NCBI GenBank assembly: GCA_043228905.1
Contig: JBHGNT010000001.1
Location: 32,426,001 to 32,490,000, forward strand
Origin: Azolla caroliniana
Lineage: Eukaryota; Plantae; Polypodiophyta
Direction: 5' to 3'
DNA: 64,000 nt
Below, one piece after another: positions 16,501 to 30,089 of the stretch (position 1 is the first letter of the stretch; every line of letters begins with the position of its first letter). The notes below the pieces were generated by a model. The model saw nothing but the letters and a program-made list of their open reading frames with translations, did not search any database and was not told the DNA's origin. A program made the position numbers and the translations under genes.

Positions 16501-19500
16501 TTCATGTTTTTAAAGGTTAAACAAAGGCTTCAAAACCTTGGGCTGGGAGATCACCTTCATTGTCATGACGATGAGGATAACTTCGAGGATATCCATCATC
16601 CATCATCCTCACGAAGGTAATACCTGTTTAATATTCATGTTTTATTTTTTTCTTCATTTTATAGGTTTACCAGAAGTTTGACCCTTATATTTGAACAGAG
16701 ATGTTCCTTCACGTGCTGCCTTCCCCATCATTAAACCTGCTTTGGGACATTCATCTTCTATCTCAAGGAACGCAATTTCAGCAATGCAAGATTATCTTAA
16801 CCATTTCCTTGGGAGCTTGGATATTGTCAACACAAGAGAAGTACTGATTTGTGTAGATTTGCACATGTGTCTATTAAGCGTTTTGTAAGGAAATAATGTA
16901 GTTTAACATAATGTCACGAACTCACAAACTCGCTGGAGAAGTGATGAAGCCAGTATGGGGGTTCATGTAGTTAGTATTACTTCATATCAACATTATATTA
17001 ATGAAACTGGCCTATACAAATTCCCAGGGCAGTGATTAACATCTTCACCAATAATTAGCTATCCCCAATTGATTATGATTGAAGTATGCTCGATGAGAGA
17101 GAAATTGTTTATGAGATTCAACACAATTTTTGCCAATTGGCAACAAAGCCTGGCGCTCCAATAAGTACTTCTTTCTTAATCCAACTAGAAGAAAAGAGTT
17201 CCAGCAAGCACAACCCAGAGTACTGCAGAACATGAACTAATAAGAGAGTCCGAGCCAACCTGCCATGCTGCTGAATTCTCTAGTATTTGAGATTGCAAAG
17301 ATTCTTTGGATTTCAGAATGTCTAATTTCAGAAAATCTATAAATAAAATGTAAGAAACACGAATATCTGATCAGTATTCCACAAATCAGAAACCATTATT
17401 CTGATTATAAAAAAAAAACTCTGATTTCTGGTAAAACAGCAGATCATAAACTCTCTTTTGATTTGCCAACAAGACAAAAAATCCTAATCTCCTCGATGAT
17501 GGAGGTGCAGCATGATAATTTCAGAATTTCAGAAAATCTATAAATAAAATGTAAGAAAAACGAATATCTGATCAGTATTCCACAAATCAGAAACCATTAT
17601 TCTGATTATAAAAAAGAAACTCTGATTTCTGGTAAAACAGCAGATCATAAACTCTCTTTTGATTTGCCAACAAGACGAAAAATCCTAATCTGCTCGATCA
17701 TGGAGGTGCTGCATGATAATCATTTGTGCTCACTTCACAAGGGACATTTTGCTCCCTACAAAAATTCCCATTGACATGCCAAAGTTTTCTGTCCTATTAC
17801 TCCTCAAAATCACAAAAATAAGATAAATCCACTTATCTAGCATGAGCTAGCAGGTGTCAATGTTTTGTTACCTTTCACAAGAACAGCAAAAACAAGAGTA
17901 GCTCTATTTTTCTAGCACAAGATGTCAAAATTTTGTTACCTAGTATCTAACAGAAGGAAGGAAAGAATGAAATCTGTTAGCTGCCTTTGAGCTTTTCCAC
18001 TCATATGAAAATCATGGGAACAATGACAGTGAGAAAAAGGCAGCAAAGTATTCATCCACATATTATGATTTTATAGCATGAGTTTGAGCTGTAAACTTTT
18101 AATTTCCAGGCTGTAGGACAGAAAGTGTCTAAGTAACATTAGCTCTTCATGATATACTTGCATTTTTGTTTGTTCTAACATGATTTTGATGAGATTTGGG
18201 AAAAATATAATTACAGAACATCCTTTTTATGGAATCTAGATTATATAGTCTTAAATTTCTAGCTTGAAATGTTTGGTCCTTCACTTTTATTATATTTCTT
18301 GAATTGTAAATTTCACTTTTATTATATTATCCTTGATGTTTATAAATTTCTTAATATTTTTGCAGGTCTGCAAGTTTTTGGAAGTCTCCAAACTTTCTTT
18401 CAAACCCGAATATGGTCCAAAGCTAGCAGAAGGATTTGTTCGTGTGAAACACCTTCAAATAATCTGTTCGACAGAGGATAACTCTTGTTGCTTTTGCTGT
18501 GGAATGATGTGCAGGTGCAATGACAATTGGCGAAAGGTTGACAGCTTAGAACTCTTAACATTGTTGTGTCATGTACAAACTTGTAATATTGGGTAAAAAT
18601 TCACATTCTGTAACTACGAGTATGTTTGGGTAGTCACTATGGTGGGCCGGGTTATCTGTTCGTGTAAGTTTGAGACTATTTCTAGATGGATTAGAGATAA
18701 CATGGTAAAGTTTAACTTTGCTATTCTGAATCCTAATTTGATTGCCAGTGAAAGTTAATAGCGTCTGTCCGTACTATTTGGGGGATTGATAATCTACATT
18801 ATCAGCATTGTTATCCATCTGAGTGGGGCCAAATTGTTATTAACAAGCACATTTAGGAAGGAATTAATGGTCATTGAAAGAGAGATGAAATAATGTGTTG
18901 CCAAGCACATTATTAACGTTTTTGAAAGGCCAAATTGACCTATGACACCAAATAAGCTACATTCAGTGAAATCTGGTAAAATATCTAAAGAAAGACAGTG
19001 TAAGCTATATTCAGTGCCATCTGCCAGAGAGACCTACAAGTCAAATAAGTTTCACCGAATGTGAAATTATTTCAAGAAATTCTACATGGGTGTCCAAGAA
19101 TGATATCACTATCCTCCCTAATAAGTTATCTAGTCTAGCGAACTCAGTGGCACATGATGGTGCTCCTTATCAGCTGAGGGAATCACTCTATATATTTGTC
19201 TGTATGCCTTTCCTGCCTAATCCTAAAGAAAAAGTGCATTAATCGCAGGTGTGGGCAGTGCTCAAGCCAGGGTTTTTAGCATTCATTGCGGATCCTTTTG
19301 ACATGAAACTTCTTGACATTGTTGTTTTTGATGTGCTTCCATTTGCGGCTGGAAGCATAGATGGGCAGATTTGTCTAGCAAAGTTGGCAAAAGAAAGAAA
19401 CCCTTTGTGCTTTGGGTTTGTGGTGAGCTCAGTTTGTTGTTTTGTGTAAAAACAAATTCTGGGTTTGGTTGGCTGTAGGAATAATTTACTCTCGTATGTC

Positions 19501-22500
19501 AGGTGACATGCGGAAACAGAACAATTAAATTAAGAACTAAACGATCAGGGAATGCTCGTGATTGGGTTGCAGCCATCAATGATGCTGGCCTAAGACCACC
19601 TGAGGGATGGTGCCACCCCCACCGCTATGGATCATTTGCTCCTCCAAGAGGGGATCATGAAGATGGCAGTGAAGCTCAGTGGTTCGTTGATGGAAAATCT
19701 GCATTCCATGCAATAGCTTCAGCAATAGAGCGTGCAAAGTCAGAAGTGTGTCTCAATATTATCTCCTTTCTTCTATTAGCATTTCCATTTATTGAACTTT
19801 GTGCAATGTGCATTTAGCTATCTTTACTTATTTCAGGTTCTCATAGCTGGTTGGTGGTTATGCCCAGAGTTGTATATGCAACGGCCATTTGCTGAACATG
19901 AGGAGTCAAGGCTCGATATCTTGCTACGGAAAAGAGCTGAAATGGGTGTTAAGGTGGGACATCTCTAATATATTAGACATTGTAATAGATTAATTGATCT
20001 GAGATGTTTTATTGAATTATACCTTTTTTTTAGCATTGCTAGAAAAAATCATGTTAATTAGTTTTCATTCAACAAATTGTTTAAGATGAAACGTTCTTTC
20101 TCTGTTGTTATCAATATTTAACAAGATTTTGATATTTTACTACATTGGATGTTACTGCAGATTTACATACTACTGTATAAAGAGGTTGCGTTGGCATTAA
20201 AGATCAATAGTATGTATTCTAAGCGATTGCTTCTTGCTGTTCATGAGAATATAAAGGTTCTGAGATTTCCCAACCACTTTGCCGCTGGTGTCTACTTGTG
20301 GTATGTTATTTCTTTTTACTTTCTTCTGTTTCAAAGCTATGATCAATTTTAAACTTATTACTGTCACAGGTCTCATCATGAGAAGATCGTCATTGTAGAC
20401 CATCGAGTTTGTTTTCTTGGGGGGCTTGATCTTTGTTTTGGAAGGTATGATAGTCAAGATCATAGAGTTCATGACTCCTCATCCAGAATATGGCCAGGGA
20501 AGGATTATTATAATCCAAGGTAATAAACATCTAGAGTCATAATATTTAGTGACATATGGTCCTGATAAAACTATATGCTAAAAGGATACGTTTGTAGAGA
20601 ATCAGAGCCGAATTCCTGGGAGGATACTATGAAGGATGAACTAGATCGTCAACAATATCCTAGAATGCCCTGGCATGATGTGCATTGTGCAATATGGGGT
20701 CCAGCTTGTCGTGATGTAGCAAGGCATTTTGTGCAACGTTGGAATTATGCGAAGGTGGGAACTTCATATTGAATATGCACAAGGTTGAAATCTGCATCTG
20801 GCTTGATACTAAGTGTTCTCTTGTGGTTCTACCAACAGCGAAGTAAAGCACCAAATGAACCTGGAATACCCTTACTTCTTCCATACCACCAGATGGTTCT
20901 TCCGGGATATCATTCCACTTATGTACCTACAGTAAAAGAGGAAGTTCTACAAGAGTTAGAAGATGAGCAAATCACATCTGCCCGATCATCTTACCATGAT
21001 ATTCCCTTGCTATTTCCCCAAGAGGATAAAGAAACAGGAGTGGAATCTCATTCATATGAAGCAAGCTCAATTGGTAGGATATCCACCTACCTGAAGTAAA
21101 TGCAATGGGGTTTACCCAGTTGTGCACACCTTTATGATGAGGTGTGACATATAAATCATACAGATTAACGATTTTGCAGGTACTCAAGGTTCCAGGCTTT
21201 CACATCCATCAAGGGAGAATGGGTATCATCCTGGAGAGAATAGTCTCCATCAAGAATGGTGGCAAGGTCTCCAGAGCCAAGGGCAAGCCTGTATAGAGGA
21301 TGAAGCAAGTGAGATTGGTCCACGTGTGAGATGTGCTTGCCAGGTCTGATACATTGTAAATCTCATACTTGCCAATCTTCTTCTAAGTGCCACTCTGCCA
21401 TTTTATGATATTTTTTTTACTCGATGGTTTTGCAGGTTTTAAGGAGTGTTGGTTTTTGGTCAGCTGGCACAAGTCAACCTGAAGAAAAAAGTATACATAC
21501 TGCTTACTGTTCACTTATTGATAAAGCTGAATATTTTATATATATAGAGGTAATCCCAAGCTACCAAATGATCTCAATTTATTTCTCTGCTCTATTTTGT
21601 ATTCTGTTTCTTGAACATATGTCCCAGGTTGTCATTTGGCTAGTACCTTTTGTTTTATCCATTATCTTTTGGATTTTTGATATATCCTAACCATTTTCCT
21701 ACCTCATGCAGAACCAGTTTTTCATTTCTGGGTTTGATGATGATGATGTGATCCGGAATCGGGTACTTCAAGCTTTGTATGATCGGATTATGCGAGCTCA
21801 CAAGGAGGGAAAATGTTTCCGGGTTATTATAATTATACCTCTACTACCAGGTTTCCAGGTCTCTCTCTTGCTCTCTCGGTGTGCCTAGTTTATTTTACCA
21901 GATCTTAAAGATTCACATGAACGTAACTTTGGGTGTTCAATGGGATGTCAAACTTAACGAAATGAAATATATACTGGAAGTTCAAGGTGACAATAATTTC
22001 ACATTCCCACGAGGTTTTGGATATTGCACGGAATCTGAAAGAGAAATGATTGAAGTCTGAGGGTCACACTCGTTCTGAAAATTAATGTCCAGGAACTATG
22101 ACATTAAAAGCTTTTGGTTTGGGAACCACCAATAAGGCTTCTGCACCTTCAACTCACAGACAGAGACTAGAGCTATGGAAGTGGGAAGTGTCTGGTCCAA
22201 AAGCCTCATGGTGAAATGCTCGAGTACAGAGATCCAGAGACCCCTGCCTTCTAGATGAAGGGGCGGTACGACATTGACAGATTGAAGAAACTGGTTCCAG
22301 AACGTCAAGAACACTGATGGTGTGTTCATAGCTATGAGGAACAAGCAGAAGCATAGAGCCAAGAAAAGTGGATTATTATATGTAAAGATGCAAGCCTAGG
22401 GAACAAAGTGATGCTATTCCTTCATATGTGACAGAAAGAACCTACTGTTTGTGGTAAGGTTGGCAGATGCTGGCTGTGTAGTATTCCACCACATCAGGGG

Positions 22501-25500
22501 ACAAGAAGCTGGATCGATGGAGAAAAATCAATCTTGTACAAATCAGGTGTGGAAATCCACCATATCATGGGACAAGTAGCTGGAGCCATGGAGAAAGAAG
22601 ATCTAGCTTGCTAGTAGTGTCAATCAAACACAATCAGCAGATATTTGGGGAGAGAAAAGAAAAAGGGAAACAATGTCCCAAATTGTTTGCTATTTATCTT
22701 GTTAAGATGTTTTTTTCTTGCACAATTCATCTTGCAGTATACATTATAGCTGGTTACCTCAAAATCAAATAGATAAACCAATATTTACCAACCAAAACTG
22801 ATCTTGATACACTTTTCATTTGCTTAATTTGGCCCATCAGATTCATTGTGTAATTATTTTGCAATGGAATTTGAAAGGGATTTTCTTTCCAGGGTGGTGT
22901 TGATGATGCTGGTGCAGCTACAGTAAGAGCAATAATGCATTGGCAATATCGTACAATCTCTCGAGGTAGACATTCTTTGCTGCAGAGGCTGGATAATGCT
23001 ATTGGTTCAGAAACAGAGAATTATGTGTCTTTTTATGGACTTAGAAACTATGGTAAATTGTCGGATGGTTGCCCGCTAGTAACTAGTCAGGTATATCTAG
23101 GTTTAGAATTGCTTTTACTTTCAAACAGTTTTTGTAGAAAATAATGCTCTAGATATTATGGGCAATTTGGTCTTTTCAGGTCTATGTCCACAGCAAAATC
23201 ATGATTATTGATGATAGGGTAGTTCTTATGGGATCACCAAATTTGAATGATAGAAGTTTGCTCGGATCACGAGATTCTGAGGTTAGATTTTTCACATTTG
23301 TTTGATTCAGTGTAAACGTTTTTGAGATGTTCGTAAAGGTCCGCTGATAGTTATTGCTCATATATTATATACATCTTTGTGGTCAGAAATTATCCATGAA
23401 ATAATGTGCATGATTACAGTACAACCCCCTTAGAGACTAGCAAAGGAGATTTAACCTGGAAAGCTTTGTAGGCCTCAAACAGTTCGTTTGAGCCTCATTC
23501 ATGATGCATCCCTGCTTCAAAGTGGCTCAGATCCACAAGTTTTCTTTTGCTTTCATGTTTATGGTAAAATAATGTTTTATATTAACTGTTCAAAAAGATT
23601 CAGGAAGTACTATTTTGTGTTATTCTCGTGTTGCAACCTTTAATCAGGTTAGCTTAAAGCACAACCTCCTTAGAGACTAGCAAGGAGATTTAACCTGTAG
23701 TTGAAACAGTTCCTTTACCACCCCCCAAGTCCATGATGTAACCCAGTCTTAAGGTGGCTCACTAGTTTTTTTATTTACATCTGATTTTATGGTAAAGTTG
23801 TGTTTTATATTAACGGTACATGAAATTGAAGTATATTGTATGATTCAGGCTTGTCTTGAAGTACATCCTCATGTTGCACACTTTAATTGGCTTAGGTAAA
23901 ATACGTATTGTGGATATTTCATGGCAATGTGTCTGCAGTTGTAAGTAGGCTAGTATTATCATCGTAAAACATTCTTTCATAACAAAATAACTTTTCAAAA
24001 GTTAAACACTGGTTTTGAGTGATTTAAAGAAACACTCATGAGCTGTGCTAGTTACTGTTTTGATAGATAAATGTATGAAAATGTGGAACTTACACTAATA
24101 TGTATGTATCAGGTTGCTGTGGTCATTAAAGACAGGGAATATGTTGACTCTTATATGGATTCAAAGCCATGGCAAGCTGGAAAATTTGCCAATTCCATGC
24201 GGATGTCATTATGGAGAGAACACTTGGGGTTGCAACATTCAGAGGTTCTGTCTGTCTGTCTGTGTGTCTCTCTCCAAGTCATGTTTATATTCATATGTCT
24301 AAATTTAAGTGAATACTTTTGGAAGCATATTTGGGAGTGCTCATATGATTTATTTCATTGTTTTCTAAGAGAATATTTTAGTGGTAATATCTTGTTGAGT
24401 CATTGATAAATTTAAGAGACATCAATGCATTTTTCACTCTTCTTCCTCTGTTCTATCTGTGTGCCATCATAAGATGCCCAACCTTTCAATCCTTTTCAAG
24501 GGTGCAAATGGAAAAGCAGCAGACAAACTAAGAGAACTATTTAAATGTGTAGGAGTTTTTGGTTAGTTCACATTCATGGGTTTCTTAGAAAATGGAGAGA
24601 TGAAAGTAAACCAATATAGAAAAAACATAATGTCCATTTTCACCCACTTTATTTTGGTTTTAGGAAATGATACTAGATTAGGGCGAGACTCATGTTGGTA
24701 TTCCCAGATTAATCGTGGTTTGAGCTACTTGGTTTTAGTACAGACAGACTATCTCTTTTCCAATACTCCTTCGATACACCATTCTCACACTGATGCACCC
24801 AGATATTAGAAGTCATTTGGGAGATCTCATTCAGCTATATACCAGGAGGAAATGCATTGAAGATGGCCTTCTATTGTGACCATCTTCTCAACATCGCTGA
24901 GGTTGGGTTTATATTACAGCCTCAGTATATGCATATCAATCTATCTGATAGATTGAGATACATGATTGGACAGATCACACCTCATCACATCAGAAGGTAT
25001 AAGAGGGTGGGCGTCCCTTCGGAGCAGAAGTATTTCAACCATGCCATACAGAGAGAGGCAACTACACCAATTACTATGAGATTCAAGGATGCTTCCACTG
25101 TTTCTTTAAGGATAGCAAAAATTATATATCTTTCTTTCTCTCAACGCCCACAGCTATAATATTTTTAAGTTTAATAGGCCATTTTTTGTATTTTTCGTTC
25201 TTATCCTAAGCAGATAAGATGATGTATTGTGTAGGTATTTTTATTATTAGTGATATTTGTTAGCAGAATGTTATTTCTCACCCATGAGCCCTTTATGCTC
25301 AAGTAAATGTAGCAAATATATCCTGAATATCTGTCTGAAGTATATTTTGTCCGTCCTTTTTGGATTATCTGCAGGCCAGTGTGTTGATGGATCCTGTTTG
25401 TGAGACATCTTATAAACACATGTGGATGGCAACTGCACAGGTTTCTCTCTTTTATAACATTAATATAACACGTTCTCTGTTGTATAACATTAATATACTA

Positions 25501-26182
25501 TGTTCATTTCATCTCTTTCTCATAGTCGGGGAGTGTTTTGTAATGGTTGGTGGTCTCATGGGTCTGTCTGGACGTTAATAAAACATCATCAGCATTATCT
25601 TAGTCTTTGTCACATCTCATAGGCCATTATGGTCTTTAAAGATGCTAATAATATCGTTCTTTCTCTTATCCAATGGATTTGGAAACTCCCAAGGCAAAGT
25701 TAGTCAAGAATGGCAATTTGCAATGAAAAAGAACAGGAAGATGCACAACCACATTCTGTTTAGATTGCACGATTGTTGATTTCCAATTCTATTTACACAA
25801 TTAAAATTACTGATTGATTGCGGTTGTATTTCACAGAAGAATACAATGATTTATGACAAGATGTTTGGGTGTATACCTAATGAGACTATCCGTTCACGGT
25901 AAAAATGCATATTCATATCACTTTCCATTATTGACAAATGATGACAATTTTTTACATCAATTTTGCAGAATGGTATTACGACAAGCTTTCTTCAAGGAGA
26001 AGGAAAAGCTTGGACACACTACAATTGATTTGGGGATGGCTATGAAAGAGTGTCCTGATATATCTGTGGATGGCATAAAAGGGTTTCTTGTGTTGTTTCC
26101 CTTGAGATTCCTAGAAGAGGAGGATCTAAGGCCTGTTTTTAATGAGAGTGAATACTATGCTTCACCTCAAGTTTTTCATTAG
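12503..26182 (+). CDS. PLDZ: Phospholipase D zeta (PX-PH PLD), 21 exons, ~1055 aa
   Basis: Exons 12503-12739, 16343-16444, 16516-16616, 16699-16840, 18366-18536, 19249-19422, 19503-19745, 19837-19953, 20161-20300, 20370-20519, 20598-20754, 20839-21073, 21180-21343, 21436-21549, 21712-21858, 22893-23090, 23180-23281, 24113-24244, 25375-25440, 25837-25898, 25969-26182 (3168 nt, GT-AG). HKD1 [13 protein letters not shown]2 [29 protein letters not shown]-terminal YYASPQVFH. Confidence 0.93.
13700..16050 (+). mobile_element. Non-LTR retrotransposon 3' remnant plus repeated 3'-tail-like sequence in PLD intron 1
   Basis: Degenerate frame [20 protein letters not shown]...[10 protein letters not shown]...EEHCIFHC (LINE C-terminal CCHC region). 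Blocks 14088-14420 and 15541-16045 are diverged copies of each other, with a related piece near 25540-25670. Confidence 0.6.
17324..17720. repeat. 201-bp tandem duplication in PLD intron 4
   Basis: AATTTCAGAAAATCTATAAATAAAATGTAAG... starts at 17324 and 17525. The two copies are nearly identical. Confidence 0.9.
23418..23810. repeat. Diverged ~240-bp tandem duplication in PLD intron 17
   Basis: ACAACC..CTTAGAGACTAGCAA(A)GGAGATTTAACCTG at ~23421 and ~23659; shared downstream TTTATGGTAAA...TGTTTTATATTAAC. Confidence 0.7.
24600..25140 (+). mobile_element. Non-LTR retrotransposon remnant in PLD intron 18
   Basis: [43 protein letters not shown] resembles the region just upstream of the LRTSSH motif seen in the intron-1 relic. 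Confidence 0.45.
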
Positions 26183-26583
26183 CTCTCACAAGGGCACTTC
26201 TGTAACACTAGTGTATCTTCTACTTTGGTATTCCATTCTTTTGAGGGAGTTCTTACTCCTACCATTCAAATTGATGGGGATAACACCGGCCATTAGAAGG
26301 GTTGTGTGATATGTAATAAATAATTTATACAAAACGATCCTCATAGTTGGAATAATTGTGCAAAAATCATCCAGAGTTAGAGCTCGTTGCATATAACTAA
26401 TGCGTTTGGGCTTTTACACGCTTACTTTGTACGTGTTCAAACAGTAATGATGCAATGATGGAGCAATTATTATGCAATGATGCATCGGCACATTACCAAT
26501 AACTGTACATTTCAATAGTTTAAATTGCGGTTTTTGAATTCATAATGTGCTGTATTGACTAAGCTTAAGGGTGGTTATTATAG

Positions 26584-26845
26584 CTTTGAAACCACCACAA
26601 CATTTCTCAGTATTAAAAAGGTGTGATCATTATATCCTTCGAGAATTCTTAATATCTCTATGCTTCTTTTAAGCATGAAGCAATGGTTTCACTGTTTGGC
26701 ATTGAGATCAGTTGTGATTGTTGAAGCATTTGAAACCACCAAAATATTTCAGTATTAAAAAAGAATGTGGGATCACTATGCCCTTCGAGAACTCTCAATG
26801 TCTCTATTCTTCTTTAAAGCATGAAGGAAGGCTTTCACTGTTTGC
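26584..26845. repeat. ~145-bp tandem duplication downstream of PLD
   Basis: TTTGAAACCACCA...CAGTATTAAAAA...CCTTCGAGAA...AAGCATGAAG...TTTCACTGTTTG occurs twice. Confidence 0.75.
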
Positions 26846-29800
26846 CTTTATAATTTATTATTAGTTTCACTATTCACTAACAGGGATTTTATATATGTAA
26901 AGCCTAAATGCAAATAGCTCAAATCATCAAAAACTACATCAATATTACACTAAAAGACAATGTGTCATAAATGCATGGTTCCTTCTTTAACTGACTTGTG
27001 TACCTAAGAAGCTTTAATAACAATCAAATGCACACTTCTTTAATAGCAATCAAATGCATGGTTCCTTCTTCAGTAGCAATAATCACTATTCCATGCTTGC
27101 TGTTAGCAGTAATCACTATTTGACTTGACAGTAAGAAATTGGTTTGAAGATAATTGGTTTTTAGTTGTGAGCAATGCTGTGCATACAAATTATTTAAGTA
27201 GTGCTACCAACTTTTCTTTTTGTTGGTTGTGAGGAAATTCAAGCTTATTTGGATTAATATTGTTGAACCTTGGTTTCTTGGCCCCTCGAATACCTTGATT
27301 GTATTGCCCTTGGGCATGTTTCTTGTTGATTAGTTGAAAACAAGCAGATTTTACCATTTATATAATACACAACCCAACACATTGGAAGCAAAGCAATTGC
27401 CTTCTTAAGGTAAACCCAAAATGAGCTAAGTTCTCTCAATGTGACAAAATAAAATGACAACACAAGTAATGCACGTAGAAATGGATTAGTATATGAATAG
27501 GTTGGCATATTTCAGCTCATCAATGGCATTTGGTTGAGATATTTCAATCTATTGTGAAATGTGATAATTACAAAATGTAAATGTAGATATTACAAGCAAA
27601 TAATGTGGTCATCTGAATACATCTACTGCAATTCAATTGCCAATAACATATACTACTTAATGCTTATAATTCTGATATATTGGTAATACTTTTGCAGAAT
27701 TTTGGATGAAATACATTTGTGTTGGGGACAAATATTGTGTTGTTTTATCTCATCTTAAAATCGTACCACGTCTAAAATCATTTAGCCATGGGGAATTCTC
27801 TACATGGCTCCACATGAGCTGAAAGGTAACTCCAATAGGTATTTGAATCTCATGGATTTCTCAACGTGTGTTCCTCTGCCATTCCATCAAAGATGTTGTA
27901 TAGACTGATGTCTAATCTTCGACCAAATTGGTGATAAGAGGACACCTTTTGATAAGACCATCAAACACGATACGGAGGAAAATTTGTTGGACTAGCGAAG
28001 TAAATTTAATTCACTAGAGTCGCGGTGTGCATAACTTTGGTAGTGGTAAAAGCCTTTTTAAATATCAAAATTGATTCAAAATTACAGAGATTATGTTTTG
28101 CAACATGTGCTTAGGCCACTCAATAAGAGATAAGTAGTATTTGTTGCACTATTTATAAGCAATCATATAATAGCCATCTTGGGCTATTCTAATGATCCGA
28201 CTTTTTTGTCTCGACTTTTTGTAAAACCAGATCGATTCTTTTCTTGCCTATTGTACCCAGCCAAGTCGATATCGAACATGTCTTATTATTTAACTTGGGC
28301 TATTTATATGCCTTAGCCATACCTATGAAATTATGAATGCATATAATATGAATGCAATAGTAGGCCTTTTTAAACTTAATAACAATGACATGCAAGCCAA
28401 CAACAAATACCACACAACTCAAAAGCCGTCATTATTGCATTCAGATTTTGGGGGATCACTACTGGCATAAAACATGAAACATACACATAGGCTTCAGCCA
28501 CAGAATCCATCTCATTGGGTATTGGAACCCATGTAATTTGTCCAGATGTCACTAAACTATCCATATATAGTGATAGTCGCTACATAACAGTAGTGAAGAG
28601 CCCTATCAAATCATTAAATGACCACAGAATTAGTGATTCCTCCATGCTAAATGCATACGGCATTCATAGAACCAATAAGTATTTTTTGACATTTAAGGGC
28701 AAAGTCCTATCTGGATGCATTGCACCTTACAACAAACTCCATTGGATGATATCAAATTTCTTTATGAAACTCTAAATGCTTAATAATTACATCTTCGTGT
28801 TTTCTAATTTGCATATTCCTCATAAATATATAAGCATTCACAATAGTAAACATTATTTTGTGCCAATATATAAAACCAGGTTGATTATGATGGATGCATT
28901 TACCTACCTGGTCCTAAATATTCTTTGGCTCTATCAATTACGGCTTCAACCTTATTCTTGCCTCCAAAAGGTCATCCTTTGTAATAGGTGTCGCTATAAG
29001 TCATCTTGATATGTCAGAATGGGCTGGACAATCAGATCAGCTGTGGCAACATGAAATATGCGAGAGAAAGTATCAAATTGCATTCCTATGCCTGCAACAG
29101 TAACTCATTTTTGTGACCAAATTTTCCATTCCTTAATGTTTAAAAGCTGCATGGAAACATGTAGATCAATAATAACCCTCACAATGATTTTTTTTCACCG
29201 TTTCTTAAAGAAATTCATGTTGGCCATAAATATATTGTTGAAAGGTTGCAGAAGAAACGGAGCTTTTATAAAAAGTAGTTCAGAGGATTAGTTGGCTCTT
29301 GTTAATGTAAAATGGCTATAACTTATAAGTACACTTCACTTTTGGATGAGAATGATACAAAAGCTCCGTTAAAATTTGTACAAGAAATAAACAAATATGC
29401 ATATTATCATATGAATATCGATAAGAGTAATAAAAAATTTGGATCGAAAGTTGTGGAGATTTATAGGATGCAACCCACGTTCAAGAACATAATGTGCGCA
29501 TCAAGACAACTGGATGCATGTTTGTTTCGTAGTAAATGAATGATAAGGATCAATCAATGATAAAAATAAGAAAAAACACACTTTTCTATGTAGAGAAGCA
29601 TAATGGGAACAATGTCAAAAGGCTCTATCCAAGGAATCCATTGGATCTGTTTCTAAGTATAAAATTGAAATATATGTACCCCAAAGTTACCTTCCATTTA
29701 AAGAAAGGTAATATACCTTTGATACATTACAGAATTGAAGAAAAGTCCACAAAAGTATGATGAGACATGACAACATTGACATTGTAATTTAATCCATCAA

Positions 29801-30089
29801 TGATCACGCAAAGATCTATGCTGTCTTTGTTTTCCACACTCTGGATAACAACTTGATGCATTGATTGGAGAAACACCTTTTTGACACTGTGTCGATCCAA
29901 ATACTTTTCAAGCCTTGACCCATTCACCCCCTCTTTCTCCCACCAAATATATCTTTGCATGGAACATCAACATTCCTCTCTCTCCCTCTCTCTCTCTCTT
30001 TTAGTAACACTTTTATTACTACTGGGAAACCTCAAAGTGAGGTGCAAACCCACAAAGAATAAAGAGACAAAATATGAAGTGTCGATTAG

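Noticed and set aside
21950-22620. Possible nested gene in PLD intron 15
   Set aside because: Only short ORFs without recognisable motifs; more likely a TE fragment, which I cannot assign.
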